Of a stretch of 64,000 nt of DNA, positions 47,409 to 58,071 are shown piece after piece. The notes under the pieces are model-generated. The model worked only from the letters and a program-made list of their open reading frames with translations. It was not told where the DNA came from and ran no database searches. Position numbers and translations under genes: made by a program. The DNA comes from Bacteroidota bacterium (GTDB lineage: Bacteria > Bacteroidota > Bacteroidia > Flavobacteriales > Weeksellaceae): contig JAEYOX010000020.1 of NCBI GenBank assembly GCA_023411265.1, forward strand, positions 4,162 through 68,161. The letters run 5' to 3'. Position 1 is the stretch's first letter; the number at the start of each line of letters is the position of its first letter.

Positions 47409-47966
47409 ATGGCATTCCGTACATTTCACCAGAACCCAAAGCGTAAAATCACCTTCGGAAAAATTTTGATAGCGCTTATCATCCTTGATATTGCCGCAAT
47501 TATCATCCTTCTTATCTTGGCTTTTTTACCTCAGTTTTACAGAATGAAAGATGATTTTCTCTTCCAAACATTCACCCTGAATCTGGTTCTAGTAGCACTT
47601 CTCATTATGTCCGCAATTTACTACATCGCGTTCCGGGGAAAAGCGAAGAAAAAAATATCCGGAATGCTGGAGTTTCATGAAAATGAAATCATTCTGAACG
47701 GAATGCATGTTCCTTTAACAGATATTCAGAAAATCAGAATCATCGGCAATGACATTAAAGGTGAATTCCGCGGCTTCGTTTCCAAAGGCTCTCAGAATCA
47801 GATCATCATCACCAAAAAAAACCGCGAAGAACTGAGCTCCTTCTTTGAACAGACCATAGAAAATCCGCTCCGCAATTGGGAACCTATTCTTAAAATTTAC
47901 AAAGATAAAAGTCTCGTTTCCGAATCCAACTTCTCCAATATCATCAATAATACCAATTATTTCTGA
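47409..47966 (+). CDS. Hypothetical membrane protein
   Basis: 185 aa with two TM helices followed by a soluble domain. I recognise no family. Its 3' end overlaps the convergent LLM oxidoreductase gene by 10 nt. Confidence 0.4.
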   Translation: MAFRTFHQNPKRKITFGKILIALIILDIAAIIILLILAFLPQFYRMKDDFLFQTFTLNLVLVALLIMSAIYYIAFRGKAKKKISGMLEFHENEIILNGMHVPLTDIQKIRIIGNDIKGEFRGFVSKGSQNQIIITKKNREELSSFFEQTIENPLRNWEPILKIYKDKSLVSESNFSNIINNTNYF

Positions 47967-48961
47967 TGAATTTCATCGACTGCCTGGCATATAATTTCGT
48001 ACGATTTCTTCCGCGCTTCATGATCAAAAATATGCGAAGCCACCATCAGTTCATCCACCTGAAAACTCTCCTGAAAGGCTAAAATCTGCTCTTGTATAGA
48101 GGTTTTACTGCCTTTAAAACTGTATTTCAGTTTCTGTAGCAGATGGGCTTTCTCTGCCGGGCTCCAGATCTTATCCATATCATCTACAGGCGCTGTATAG
48201 GGCTCCCTCACATTTCGGATAAGATTTAAAAACGTAATGTACAGGGTTGATGAAATCCTTTCAGCTTCTTTATCCGTATCCGCAGCCATCCCGTTGACAC
48301 AGGCAATGGTATAAGGTTTTGGAAATTTTTCACTGGGCTGATAGTGTTCATGATAAATCCTAAATGCAGACTCCATCATTTCAGGAGCAAAATGGGCTGC
48401 AAAAGCATACGGCAAACCGAGGTCTGCAGCCAACCACGCGCTGTCGGTGGACGAACCTAAAATATAAATCGGGATATCGCAGCCCTCTCCTGGAATTGAA
48501 CGTACCAGCGCATTACGGTTCTCAGCAGAAAAATACCTTTGGAGTTCTACAATCTGCCTCGGAAATTGCTCATTAATAGTCATCGGATTTCTGCCCAGTG
48601 CTTTTGCCGTATATCCGTCTGTGCCGGGAGCACGCCCAACACCTAAATCAATTCTCCCCGGATAAAGGGTTTCCAGCGTTCCGAACTGTTCGGCAATCAC
48701 CAGCGAACTATGATTGGGGAGCATCACACCACCCGATCCTACCCTGATCTTCCGAGTTCCGGAAGCAATATAACCAATGAGCACCGAAGTGGCCGAGCTG
48801 GCAATTCCCTCAAAATTGTGATGTTCTGCCAACCAATATCTTGTATAGCCCAGATTTTCTACGAACTGAGCCAGATCCATACTTTCATGCAGAGCCTGCT
48901 GTACGGTACTTCCCTGCTTTACAGGAGCGAGATCCAAAACGGAGAGTTTAAAATTCTTCAT
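47957..48961 (-). CDS. LLM-class (luciferase-like) flavin-dependent oxidoreductase
   Basis: It has [13 protein letters not shown] and YWLAEHHN, the typical MsnO8/YhbW-like LLM N-terminus. Confidence 0.85.
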   Translation of the reverse strand: MKNFKLSVLDLAPVKQGSTVQQALHESMDLAQFVENLGYTRYWLAEHHNFEGIASSATSVLIGYIASGTRKIRVGSGGVMLPNHSSLVIAEQFGTLETLYPGRIDLGVGRAPGTDGYTAKALGRNPMTINEQFPRQIVELQRYFSAENRNALVRSIPGEGCDIPIYILGSSTDSAWLAADLGLPYAFAAHFAPEMMESAFRIYHEHYQPSEKFPKPYTIACVNGMAADTDKEAERISSTLYITFLNLIRNVREPYTAPVDDMDKIWSPAEKAHLLQKLKYSFKGSKTSIQEQILAFQESFQVDELMVASHIFDHEARKKSYEIICQAVDEIHQK

Positions 48962-49230
48962 AGCGCAAAATACGAAACTTCAGACAGTCATCCCGTGCTT
49001 GCCGATGTAAAATATTAATTAAAGCGTTTAGGATAAGCTATAGCTACTCCGGAGCAGCAGGTAGGTGATTGATTTCGTAACTGACAAGATACATTCTATG
49101 GAATGAGAATGATGCTATTGTTTCACTGGATCCTGCCAATAACTCGTTTAGCTAAGCATTCTCTCAAAACAATCAGCCAATTCATCAATTAACCGCCTCA
49201 ACCAATAACCAAATTGCTTATCTTTGTGCT

Positions 49231-50298
49231 GTGTTCAATCTGGGAAATTTTCTGACTCTATCTACTTTCGGCGAGAGCCACGGTGAAGCCTATGGAGGCA
49301 TCATCCAGAATGTTCCTGCCGGACTGCGCGTAGATTTTGAAGCCATCCAACACCAGCTGAACAGAAGAAGACCGGGACAAAGCAGCCTCGTTACCCAAAG
49401 GAAAGAAAACGATATGATCACCTTTCTCTCAGGGATTTTTGAGGGACAAACTACTGGCACGCCCATTGGTTTTCACATTAGAAATGAAGATCAGAAATCC
49501 AAAGATTACCAGCATCTGGCCCATACCTACCGCCCCAGTCATGCCGATTTCACGTATGAGCGAAAGTATGGCCTTCGCGATTATCGCGGTGGGGGAAGAT
49601 CATCAGCCCGGGAAACTTTGAACTGGGTAGCAGCAGGAGCTCTGGCCAGACAGCTCATTCCTGAAGTGCAGATTCAGGCATATGTGTCTTCCGTGGGCGA
49701 AGTATTTTGTGAAAAACCCTATCAGGAGTTGGATTTATCGAAAACAGACGACAACGAAGTGCGCTGTCCGGACGAGGAAACTGCTGCACGGATGATTTCC
49801 AAAATAAAAGCCTTTAAAAAAAATGGCAACACCATCGGCGGAATCATCACCTGCGTGGTAAAGAACCTTCCGGCAGGAATCGGGGAACCAGTGTTCGGAA
49901 AATTACAGGCCGAACTTGCCAAAGCTATGATGAACATTAATGCCACAAAAGGTTTCGAATACGGAAGCGGTTTCTGTAGTGCAAGAATGACGGGAGCAGA
50001 TCACAACGATCTTTTCAATGAGGATTTCACCACTCGCACCAACCTCTCCGGAGGCATACAGGGCGGAATTTCCAACGGGATGGACGTGTATTTCCGGGTC
50101 GCCTTCAAGCCGGTAGCCACCCTGCTGAAACCCCAGCCCAGCATTGACAAGGCAGGAAGACCAGTGACACTGGACGGCAGAGGAAGGCACGATGCCTGTG
50201 TAGTCCCCCGAGCAGTGCCCATAGTGGAAAACCTCGCCGCATTTGTACTCGCAGATCTTATGCTCATCAACAAAGTAAGAACCTTGGGAACACTGTAA
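49231..50298 (+). CDS. aroC: Chorismate synthase
   Basis: It has [15 protein letters not shown] and other conserved blocks. It starts at a GTG, and no in-frame ATG exists upstream before a stop. Confidence 0.9.
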   Translation: MFNLGNFLTLSTFGESHGEAYGGIIQNVPAGLRVDFEAIQHQLNRRRPGQSSLVTQRKENDMITFLSGIFEGQTTGTPIGFHIRNEDQKSKDYQHLAHTYRPSHADFTYERKYGLRDYRGGGRSSARETLNWVAAGALARQLIPEVQIQAYVSSVGEVFCEKPYQELDLSKTDDNEVRCPDEETAARMISKIKAFKKNGNTIGGIITCVVKNLPAGIGEPVFGKLQAELAKAMMNINATKGFEYGSGFCSARMTGADHNDLFNEDFTTRTNLSGGIQGGISNGMDVYFRVAFKPVATLLKPQPSIDKAGRPVTLDGRGRHDACVVPRAVPIVENLAAFVLADLMLINKVRTLGTL

Positions 50299-50322
50299 AA
50301 AAAAATAAATTTATTTGACACG

Positions 50323-50886
50323 ATGAAAACTTACTGGGAAAAAGCCATCACATTCGACGAATATATGAATGTGGCCAAAGAAAGATTCAACCATCCCCGA
50401 AATAAGGGGGACGAAGAAATGAGGGAATACTACGATCTTGGTCTTCAGCGCATGGAACGCACTCTAAAAACTTTCAGAAGGGAAGAAGAGCAACTGGAAA
50501 TCCTGAAAAAAAAGAACTTTGCAGGGAAGATTCTTATTATTTCTGAACCGTGGTGCGGTGATGCAAGTGCTACTGTACCGGCAGTCAGCCGCTTTTTTGA
50601 GGGGCACAATGAAGTACGTATTTTTCTTCGGGACGAAGACACTTCCCTCATTGATCAGTTTCTTACCAACGGAACCCAGTCGATCCCTATCGTGATTGTG
50701 CTAAATGAAAAGTATGAGACAGTCGGCCATTGGGGTCCACGGCCAGCATTCGGAACTGAACTTCTTGCCAAATTCAAAGCAGATCCAGAAGATTATTCAA
50801 GAGAACAGTTCTACAACGACCTACAGGTATATTACGCCAAAAATCGCGGCAAGGATGCCATTTCAGAAATATTAGATTTAATATAA
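50323..50886 (+). CDS. Thioredoxin-fold family protein
   Basis: 187 aa with SEPWCGDAS in a thioredoxin-like context. Confidence 0.7.
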   Translation: MKTYWEKAITFDEYMNVAKERFNHPRNKGDEEMREYYDLGLQRMERTLKTFRREEEQLEILKKKNFAGKILIISEPWCGDASATVPAVSRFFEGHNEVRIFLRDEDTSLIDQFLTNGTQSIPIVIVLNEKYETVGHWGPRPAFGTELLAKFKADPEDYSREQFYNDLQVYYAKNRGKDAISEILDLI

Positions 50887-50891
50887 AGCCA

Positions 50892-51443
50892 ATGAAGTTC
50901 CTCAAAAAAAATATCATTTACCTCCTCTTGTTGGGCGTGCTGACAGCCATTTTTTTAATTCCCGGTGCGAAAGACTTTCTGAAAGACCGCTTTTTCCCAG
51001 TAGCCGCCATTGAAGAAACGGTGCATGTGGAAGATACCGCCTACGATATTGTCCTGAAAGGCATCAATGTGCCGGACACTAATTTTATAGAATTTAAAGG
51101 AGAAAAAACGGTATTTCTGAACTTCTGGGGGACTTGGTGTGCACCGTGTCGCGAAGAATGGCCCAGCATTGAAGCACTGTACGAATCACGGAGAGATAAA
51201 ATGGATTTCGTGCTGATTGCTATGATGGACAAGGAAGAGGATGTACGAAAATTTATAGAAGAGAAAGGATACACTGCGCCGGTATATCTGGCAGAAAGTC
51301 CCATTAGCGGAAAAATCCTACCCAAGGTGTTTCCCACTACTTTTATTTTAGATAAAAACGGGAGAATCCTGCTGAAGGAAACCTCATCCAAAGACTGGAA
51401 TACGGACTCAGTACATCGCTTTATTGAAGGAATAACACCATAA
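50892..51443 (+). CDS. TlpA/ResA-like thiol:disulfide oxidoreductase
   Basis: It has an N-terminal TM anchor and the active site FWGTWCAPC. Confidence 0.8.
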   Translation: MKFLKKNIIYLLLLGVLTAIFLIPGAKDFLKDRFFPVAAIEETVHVEDTAYDIVLKGINVPDTNFIEFKGEKTVFLNFWGTWCAPCREEWPSIEALYESRRDKMDFVLIAMMDKEEDVRKFIEEKGYTAPVYLAESPISGKILPKVFPTTFILDKNGRILLKETSSKDWNTDSVHRFIEGITP

Positions 51444-51519
51444 AAATCTTACGGGGAGAAAATTCTTTTTGGCAAGTAAATTGATAAAGTAAGGAAGTTG
51501 AAACGACATAAACTCGCAC

Positions 51520-51882
51520 ATGTTTCAATCCAAATACAAAATGAAATATTCAAAAATAGAATTGGCAAAACAGGCCATCAAACACAAAGGCCTTATTAAA
51601 AAAATCCCTGATATCTACAGAATGATACAATACTGGAGAAAAGGAATTTATCCAGTAAACTCTATTGATATGATTTTACCGCTACTCGGAATTCTTTACA
51701 TTCTTTCTCCTATCGATCTGCTCCCTGAAATAGCCGTGCCGGTTCTTGGAATAGCAGATGACTTGGCTGTACTTTCTCTAACCCTGCCTAAGTTACTGAA
51801 AGAAGTGGACAAATTCCTACTTTGGGAGGCACAGCAAAAAGGAAATAGCAAAAACATATCCGAAGCTAAAATCATCGGGTAA
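51520..51882 (+). CDS. YkvA family (DUF1232) membrane protein
   Basis: It has YILSPIDLLPEIAVPVLGIADDLAV, the DUF1232 core. The start is uncertain (alternative ATG at 51541). Confidence 0.7.
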   Translation: MFQSKYKMKYSKIELAKQAIKHKGLIKKIPDIYRMIQYWRKGIYPVNSIDMILPLLGILYILSPIDLLPEIAVPVLGIADDLAVLSLTLPKLLKEVDKFLLWEAQQKGNSKNISEAKIIG

Positions 51883-51948
51883 TTTCCATAGAAGATGAAA
51901 GCCCGGATGCTTGCGTATCCGGGCTTTTCACTTTTAAAGGCTATGTCT

Positions 51949-53259
51949 CTATTTCTGTCTGAAATATACTTCGATTGGAACACCGGTAAAACCAAAATGT
52001 TTCCGAAGCTGGTTTTCTGTAAACCTTTTATAAGGCTCTTTCACATACTGAGGAAGATTGCAAAAAAACACAAACTGCGGCGAGGGAGTCCCCAACTGAA
52101 CGCAGTATTTAATCTTAATATATTTTCCTTTCAGTGCAGGAGGCGGGTTGTTTTCAAACACCGGAAGCATGACTTCATTCAGCTGAGATGTCTTGATTTT
52201 CTTCCTACGGTTTTCATACACCTCCATCGCTGTATCAACTGCTTTCAGAATTCTCTGTTTCGTTAAAGCGGAAATGAACAATACAGGAATATCCGTAAAC
52301 TGGCCGATTTTATTCTTGATGCTCGCTTCAAAATCCCGCATTGTATTGGTTTGTTTGTCCTCCACCAAATCCCATTTGTTCACCAGAATTACGATACCCT
52401 TTCTGTTTTTCTGAGCAATGCCGAAAATGTTCATATCCTGGCTTTCCCATCCCTGAGTGGCATCCACCATAATAATAACAACATCGGAATTCTCAATCGC
52501 CCGCACCGAACGCATCACGGAATAAAACTCCAAATTTTCACTCACCTTGGCTTTTCGGCGCATTCCTGCTGTATCTACCAGAACAAACTCGTGCCCGAAT
52601 TTATTGTAAAGCGTTTCAATACTATCGCGCGTGGTGCCGGCAATATCAGTAACTATATTTCTTTCATCATCCAGCAAAGCATTGATAAGGGTAGATTTGC
52701 CTACATTGGGCCGCCCGGCGATGGTAATTCTGGGAAGTCCGTCAAAAGGATCTTTATACTCTTTAGTAGGGAAATCTCTCACAATATCGTCCAGCAGCTC
52801 ACCCGACCCGGATCCCGTAGCGGAGGACATAGTATAATATTTTTCAATTCCTAAAGAATAAAACTCGGTGGCAGGAAGTTCTTCTTTAGCAGAATCTACT
52901 TTATTAATCACGATGTATACTTTTTTCCCCGAACGCCGCAACATTTCATTAATTTCAATGTCGGTATCGGTGAGGCCTTCTTCCACGTTCATCATAAAAA
53001 TAATGGAAGTGGCCTCATCAATCGCCAACTGGACCTGTCTTGCGATTTCTTCTTGAAAAATATCCTCTGTATTTACTTCATAACCTCCGGTATCGATCAC
53101 GGTAAATTCAATTCCGTTCCAGTCGGATTTTCCGTAATGGCGGTCGCGGGTAACGCCTGCCGTTGCATCCACGATGGCTTCCCTTCGTTCCAAAAGGCGG
53201 TTAAAAAGTGTTGATTTCCCTACATTAGGACGTCCTACAATAGCGACAATGTTGCTCAT
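51949..53259 (-). CDS. der: Ribosome biogenesis GTPase Der (EngA)
   Basis: It has tandem G domains (GRPNVGKST twice, DTGG/DTAG, NKVD/NKWD) and a KH-like C-terminus. Confidence 0.95.
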   Translation of the reverse strand: MSNIVAIVGRPNVGKSTLFNRLLERREAIVDATAGVTRDRHYGKSDWNGIEFTVIDTGGYEVNTEDIFQEEIARQVQLAIDEATSIIFMMNVEEGLTDTDIEINEMLRRSGKKVYIVINKVDSAKEELPATEFYSLGIEKYYTMSSATGSGSGELLDDIVRDFPTKEYKDPFDGLPRITIAGRPNVGKSTLINALLDDERNIVTDIAGTTRDSIETLYNKFGHEFVLVDTAGMRRKAKVSENLEFYSVMRSVRAIENSDVVIIMVDATQGWESQDMNIFGIAQKNRKGIVILVNKWDLVEDKQTNTMRDFEASIKNKIGQFTDIPVLFISALTKQRILKAVDTAMEVYENRRKKIKTSQLNEVMLPVFENNPPPALKGKYIKIKYCVQLGTPSPQFVFFCNLPQYVKEPYKRFTENQLRKHFGFTGVPIEVYFRQK

Positions 53260-53341
53260 AAATTTTGTTTAATAATTCTTCCTGAAAAAGATTGTTGATT
53301 ATTAATGGGTTACCCGGACGTTCCGAGCCCAAAAATTTTGG

Positions 53342-53349
53342 CAAAGATA
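53342..53349 (-). promoter_or_regulatory. -7 element (TAtcTTTG on minus strand) for der
   Basis: Forward caaagata lies about 83 nt upstream of the der start. Confidence 0.35.
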
Positions 53350-53432
53350 AGGTTTTCTCCCAAAGCTATTGCAAATTATGATATTAGGGAATCAATCAAA
53401 ATGTTGTACATTTATAAACTAAAACTATACAT

Positions 53433-53906
53433 ATGAAAAATGTAGTGATAGTATTGGCAGTTTTTCTGATCCTGATTCAGTTTTTCAGAATTGATAAGAC
53501 TAATCCACCCGTGAATCCAGGAATAGATTTCCTGAACATCAAAGAAACACCGGAGAACACTGCCACCCTGATCCGAAACGCATGTTACGATTGCCACAGC
53601 CATGAAACTAAATATCCGTGGTACTCCAATTTCCAGCCTGTGGGCTGGTTCCTTAAAGATCATATTGACGAAGGCCGAAAAAAACTAAACTTTTCTTTAT
53701 TCGCAACTTACGAACCAAAACGTCAGGCACACAAACTGTATGAAGCGGCCGAACTGACAGAAAATGCAGATATGCCATTAGATTCCTATATGCTTGGGCA
53801 TCCGCAGGCGCAGATTAACGATGAAGAACGAAAATTAATGGCGGATTATTTCCGAAAAATAGAAACAGACATTCGCATCAGTCACCAGCTTCCGCAAGAG
53901 GAATAA
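53433..53906 (+). CDS. Heme-binding-domain protein (CxxCH-containing, membrane anchored)
   Basis: It has an N-terminal TM segment, the motif CYDCHS and the stretch KYPWYSNFQPVGW, typical of the Bacteroidetes haem-binding domain family. Confidence 0.7.
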   Translation: MKNVVIVLAVFLILIQFFRIDKTNPPVNPGIDFLNIKETPENTATLIRNACYDCHSHETKYPWYSNFQPVGWFLKDHIDEGRKKLNFSLFATYEPKRQAHKLYEAAELTENADMPLDSYMLGHPQAQINDEERKLMADYFRKIETDIRISHQLPQEE

Positions 53907-53912
53907 TAAATA

Positions 53913-54326
53913 ATGAACAAACAACCCGATCTTTCCAAATATTATATTTTTTACGATGGCGATTGCGGCTTCTGCAACTATTGGGTACAGTGGATACTGA
54001 AAAACGACCGTAAAAATCAGTTTCTCTTCTCTCCCCTGAAATCAGGTTTCGGACAGAATTTTTTAAAAGAAAGAAATCTGCAGCAAGACCAGTTGAGCAC
54101 CCTCTATCTTTGGAAACCGAATTCTTTTTATTACCTCAAATCTGAAGCTGTTCTGGAAATTGCAAAACTTCTGGGCGGAAAATATCGGCTAATCGCCGTT
54201 TTTAAAATCCTTCCGCGTTTCTTCTCTGATGCAGTATACGATCAGATTGCCAAAAACAGAGACCATCTTTCGGCGACACAATGTCCTGTTCCTACGTCTC
54301 AGCAGAAAGAGAAATTTATTGAATAA
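53913..54326 (+). CDS. DCC1-like thiol-disulfide oxidoreductase (DUF393)
   Basis: It has the N-terminal YDGDCGFCN motif. Confidence 0.75.
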   Translation: MNKQPDLSKYYIFYDGDCGFCNYWVQWILKNDRKNQFLFSPLKSGFGQNFLKERNLQQDQLSTLYLWKPNSFYYLKSEAVLEIAKLLGGKYRLIAVFKILPRFFSDAVYDQIAKNRDHLSATQCPVPTSQQKEKFIE

Positions 54327-54342
54327 AAGACCGTCAAAATCC

Positions 54343-54350
54343 TATATTTG
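54343..54350 (+). promoter_or_regulatory. -7 element TAtaTTTG upstream of the DUF4290 gene
   Basis: The consensus match ends 5 nt before the ATG at 54356. Confidence 0.45.
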
Positions 54351-54355
54351 CATTT

Positions 54356-55009
54356 ATGGAATACAACACCGACAGAACTCATTTATATATGCCAGAATAT
54401 GGAAGAATTGTCCAAAGTCTGGTCGAACGCTGCAAAACTCTTGAAGACAGAAACGAGCGCAATAAAATGGCCAAAGCCATCATTGATTTTATGGGACAAA
54501 GAAATCCGCACCTTCGTGATGAAGAAAATTATAAACATAAACTTTGGGATCATCTTTTTATCATGGCTGATTTTGAACTGGATGTGGATTCTCCGTATCC
54601 TATACCGCCAAAAGGAGAAAGAATGATCAAACCCGCGAGAATGGAATATCCGGCTCTGCAGGGTGACTTTAAATTTTATGGCAAAAGCATTCTACAACTC
54701 ATCGAAAAAGCCATTGAACTGGATGAAGGTACTGAAAAAGATGCCCTAATTGAGGTGATTGCCAACAACATGAAAAAATCCTACAACATATATAATAAAG
54801 AACATGTGACGGACGATGTAATCTTCAGGCATCTAAAGGAACTTTCGGAAAACCGGCTGGATCTCACCGGTATTGATACTCTTGAAAAAAGTAAAATTTA
54901 TTACAGCACCAACAAGAATAAAAATCAACAAAATAAGAACCAGAGCCAAAATCAAAACAGCAACCGCAATAAACAGCGTAATCAGCAAAATAAAACCCGT
55001 AGAAAATAA
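54356..55009 (+). CDS. DUF4290 domain-containing protein with N/Q/K-rich tail
   Basis: MEYNTDRTHLYMPEYGRIVQ is the typical DUF4290 N-terminus. It sits immediately upstream of murA, the conserved Bacteroidetes arrangement. Confidence 0.7.
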   Translation: MEYNTDRTHLYMPEYGRIVQSLVERCKTLEDRNERNKMAKAIIDFMGQRNPHLRDEENYKHKLWDHLFIMADFELDVDSPYPIPPKGERMIKPARMEYPALQGDFKFYGKSILQLIEKAIELDEGTEKDALIEVIANNMKKSYNIYNKEHVTDDVIFRHLKELSENRLDLTGIDTLEKSKIYYSTNKNKNQQNKNQSQNQNSNRNKQRNQQNKTRRK

Positions 55010-56316
55010 TGAGCGGAACATTTGAAATCAAAGGAGGAAAACAACTGAAAGGGCAAATTACCCCACAGGGAGCAAAAAATGAAGCGTTGCAGATTCTTTG
55101 CGCTGTGTTGCTGACGGATGAAGAAGTACGAATCAACAATATTCCGGATATTCATGACGTGAATAGACTGATTGACATCTTGGGAGCTATGGGCGTAGAA
55201 ATTCTGAAACATGGCAAAGGTGATTATTCGTTCAGGGCTGAAAAACTGGATTTTAAATACATCCAGTCACAAGAATTTAAAAAGGATAGTGCACGGCTTC
55301 GCGGTTCCATTATGCTATTAGGCCCGATGCTCGCCCGCTTTGGAGAAGCTTCCATGCCTACCCCCGGCGGAGACAAGATCGGTAGACGCCGCTTGGACAC
55401 TCATTTTCAGGGATTCAGTGAACTCGGAGCCGAATTCCGTTACGATGAAAAGGAAAATTGCTACAGCCTGAAAGCCAAAGAACTGCACGGGAAATTCATC
55501 CTTTTGGAAGAAGCTTCGGTTACCGGAACAGCCAACATCATTATGGCGGCAGTTTTGGCCAAAGGAAAAACCAGAATCTATAATGCCGCCTGCGAACCCT
55601 ATATTCAGCAATTGTGCAGAATGCTGAACCGTATGGGTGCAACTATTTCAGGAATTGGATCTAATTTATTGACGATAGAAGGTGTTTCCCACCTCCGAGG
55701 AACAGAACACACGATGCTTCCCGATATGGTGGAAATCGGTTCGTGGATTGGCATGGCCGCCATGACGAAATCTGAGATTACCATCAAAAATGTAGGTTGG
55801 AATCACCTAGGGGTTATTCCTGGAGTTTTCAGAAAGTTGGGAATTGCCATGGAACGTGACAATGACGATATTATTATTCCTTCACAGGAACAGTATACCA
55901 TTCAGAAATTTATTGACGGTTCTATTCTTACCGTAACAGATGCGCCCTGGCCCGGCTTCACACCAGATCTGCTTTCGATCATTCTGGTGGTGGCCACACA
56001 GGCTCGGGGAACTGTTCTGGTACATCAGAAAATGTTCGAATCAAGGCTGTTTTTTGTTGATAAACTGATCGATATGGGTGCGCAAATCATCCTTTGTGAT
56101 CCTCACAGAGCTACCGTAGTGGGTCTGAATCATGAATTTCCGTTACGTGGCACTACTATGATTTCTCCTGATATAAGGGCCGGAAATGCACTGCTGGTTG
56201 CCGCTCTCTCTGCGGAAGGCACCTCTGTGATTCATAATATAGAACAGATTGACCGTGGTTATGAAAATATTGATGGTAGGCTGAAAGCACTGGGCGCAGA
56301 AATCACAAGAATATAA
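55009..56316 (+). CDS. murA: UDP-N-acetylglucosamine 1-carboxyvinyltransferase
   Basis: It has GAKNEALQILCA, the catalytic-loop region PGGDKIGRRRLDTH and full-length similarity (435 aa). Confidence 0.95.
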   Translation: MSGTFEIKGGKQLKGQITPQGAKNEALQILCAVLLTDEEVRINNIPDIHDVNRLIDILGAMGVEILKHGKGDYSFRAEKLDFKYIQSQEFKKDSARLRGSIMLLGPMLARFGEASMPTPGGDKIGRRRLDTHFQGFSELGAEFRYDEKENCYSLKAKELHGKFILLEEASVTGTANIIMAAVLAKGKTRIYNAACEPYIQQLCRMLNRMGATISGIGSNLLTIEGVSHLRGTEHTMLPDMVEIGSWIGMAAMTKSEITIKNVGWNHLGVIPGVFRKLGIAMERDNDDIIIPSQEQYTIQKFIDGSILTVTDAPWPGFTPDLLSIILVVATQARGTVLVHQKMFESRLFFVDKLIDMGAQIILCDPHRATVVGLNHEFPLRGTTMISPDIRAGNALLVAALSAEGTSVIHNIEQIDRGYENIDGRLKALGAEITRI

Positions 56317-56454
56317 AAAAGACACATCCCATTCCTCTAACAAACGCTTCTAACACTACTGAATTAATAGTGAATTGGCCAACTAAAAAGCAGTTTCTCA
56401 AAATTCATATAGAGTTAATACGTGTTTGTTTACATTTGAAAAAAATTGGAAGTA

Positions 56455-57864
56455 ATGAAAAGACGTGATTTTTTAAAAGGCGGTTCGCTGGCGTTTGGAG
56501 GATTGCTTTTAACGCCCATAAGTTCCAACGCCCACTTCATCAAAGAAGAATTTGGCACAAAAAAAGCCAAAAACATCATCTTTATGGTGAGCGATGGTAT
56601 GAGTTCCGGAACGTTGAATATGGCGGATATCTACAGCAGAAGAAAGTTGGGAAGACCTTCACACTGGATTTCCTTATATGAAGAGAATTTAGCACAAAGA
56701 GGACTGATGGATATGGCATCTGCCAACTCAATAGTCACAGATTCCGCAGCAGCCAGTTCATCCTGGGGTGGCGGTCATCGCGTAAACAACGGCAGTATCA
56801 ATATCGGCGCAAGTGGTGAAGAATACCTACCCATCCTTCAAAAATTTAAAAAAGTCGGAAAAAAAGTAGGTTGTGTCACCACGGTTCCCATTACCCATGC
56901 CACACCCGCCGGATTTTCAGTCTTTACTAAAAGCAGAAATTCACAGGAGGAAATTGCCTTAACTTATTCGGAACTGGGTTTTGATGTAATGATGGGCGGC
57001 GGCCATAAATATTTTGATGCTTCACAACGAAAAGACAGAAGGGATATGTATTCCCTTTTCCGGAATAAAGGATATTTCGTAGCAAGAAATAAAACAGAAA
57101 TGAATGCTGCTCCTCAAAACCAACCGTTGCTGGCTACTTTTGATGAAGATGGACTGCCTTATACTCAGGATCAGTTGAGTAGCAGTTTTATAATAAACAA
57201 TATTCCTACCTTAGCTGAAATGACTTCCAAAGCGATCCATCAAATGAAAGATCACAAAGAGGGTTTTGTGATGCAGGTGGAAGCCGGAAAGGTGGACTGG
57301 GCAGCGCACGGAAATGACATTTCCGGATTGCTTTATGATCAACTCGCTTTTGATGATGCTTTGAAAGTTGTTCTGGATTTTGCAAAAAAAGACGGGAACA
57401 CATTGGTGGTCATCACTTCAGATCATGGAAATGCGAACCCGGGACTTATTTATGGGAAAAATGTAAACGAGCATTTCGACCGTATTCAGCGTTTCTCGCA
57501 AACTAATGAATGGATTCTTCAGGGAATTCAAGCTACGGATAGCCTCAGCACTATAAAAGATAGAATTGCCCAGGCAAATGCGGAAATAAAAATTACAGAT
57601 GAGCAGGCCAAAGAAATTCTCTCTTATTATTCCAAAGCGAAGCGGGAAGACGGTGTTTATAATCCCAGACATCTTCCTTTTAAGCTGCTTTCTCAGATAC
57701 AGCAGGAACATACTTCCGTAGGCTGGATCAGTATGGATCACTCTTCTGATTATACCGAAATCGCAATGTACGGACCTGGCAGTCAGTTGATGAAACCATT
57801 TATAAAAAACACCGAGATACATCTGCTTCTGTTGCAGGCGGCAGAGGTGGAAAATAAATTCTAA
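56455..57864 (+). CDS. Alkaline phosphatase (PhoA family) with Tat signal
   Basis: The twin-arginine signal is MKRRDFLKGGSLAFGG. The catalytic Ser motif is VTDSAAASS, and the metal ligands are VSDGMSSG and ITSDHGN. The start is taken as the ATG three codons into the track ORF. Confidence 0.85.
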   Translation: MKRRDFLKGGSLAFGGLLLTPISSNAHFIKEEFGTKKAKNIIFMVSDGMSSGTLNMADIYSRRKLGRPSHWISLYEENLAQRGLMDMASANSIVTDSAAASSSWGGGHRVNNGSINIGASGEEYLPILQKFKKVGKKVGCVTTVPITHATPAGFSVFTKSRNSQEEIALTYSELGFDVMMGGGHKYFDASQRKDRRDMYSLFRNKGYFVARNKTEMNAAPQNQPLLATFDEDGLPYTQDQLSSSFIINNIPTLAEMTSKAIHQMKDHKEGFVMQVEAGKVDWAAHGNDISGLLYDQLAFDDALKVVLDFAKKDGNTLVVITSDHGNANPGLIYGKNVNEHFDRIQRFSQTNEWILQGIQATDSLSTIKDRIAQANAEIKITDEQAKEILSYYSKAKREDGVYNPRHLPFKLLSQIQQEHTSVGWISMDHSSDYTEIAMYGPGSQLMKPFIKNTEIHLLLLQAAEVENKF

Positions 57865-57867
57865 ACA

Positions 57868-57900
57868 GAAAACGCTGCGGAATACCCGAAGCGTTTTTTT
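57868..57900 (+). terminator. Rho-independent terminator after the phosphatase gene
   Basis: AAAACGCT...AGCGTTTTTTT includes an inner CGG/CCG extension. Confidence 0.75.
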
Positions 57901-58071
57901 CATTATACATAATAAATTGAATTCATTATATCAGGATTTAATCTACAGCTTATATATTCATTAAGGCCCACAGATACAAAGCGATATCTTACCCAACCGC
58001 CTGTACAACACATTAACAGAGAATCTAATTAAAAATGAGAATGGTGTAAATGAGTTAGCGGTAAAAAAGGA

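Noticed and set aside
48962-49230. The 269-nt spacer upstream of aroC as a possible riboswitch or sRNA.
   Set aside because: I could not recognise a conserved riboswitch core, a stable extended structure or a terminator-like element. Only a covariance-model scan (Rfam/Infernal) could settle it.
107-56343. Dozens of 60-180-aa track ORFs lie antisense to, or out of frame within, long well-supported genes. Examples are 107..298-, 977..1381-, 2026..2469+, 6299..6766+, 6821..7345+, 17972..18400-, 37690..38229+, 43610..44176+, 52351..52854+ and 55318..55611-.
   Set aside because: They are fully embedded in CDSs with clear family signatures and have low-complexity or odd composition. They have no promoter boxes and no recognisable motifs, so they are typical shadow ORFs.
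56441-56461. My by-eye count of the A-runs around the phosphatase start did not match the frame given by the ORF track.
   Set aside because: This is most likely my own miscount of a homopolymer. The track frame translates into a clean Tat signal, so I followed the track. It is a reminder that my short-motif coordinates and the exact frameshift positions in the two pseudogene calls may be off by a base.
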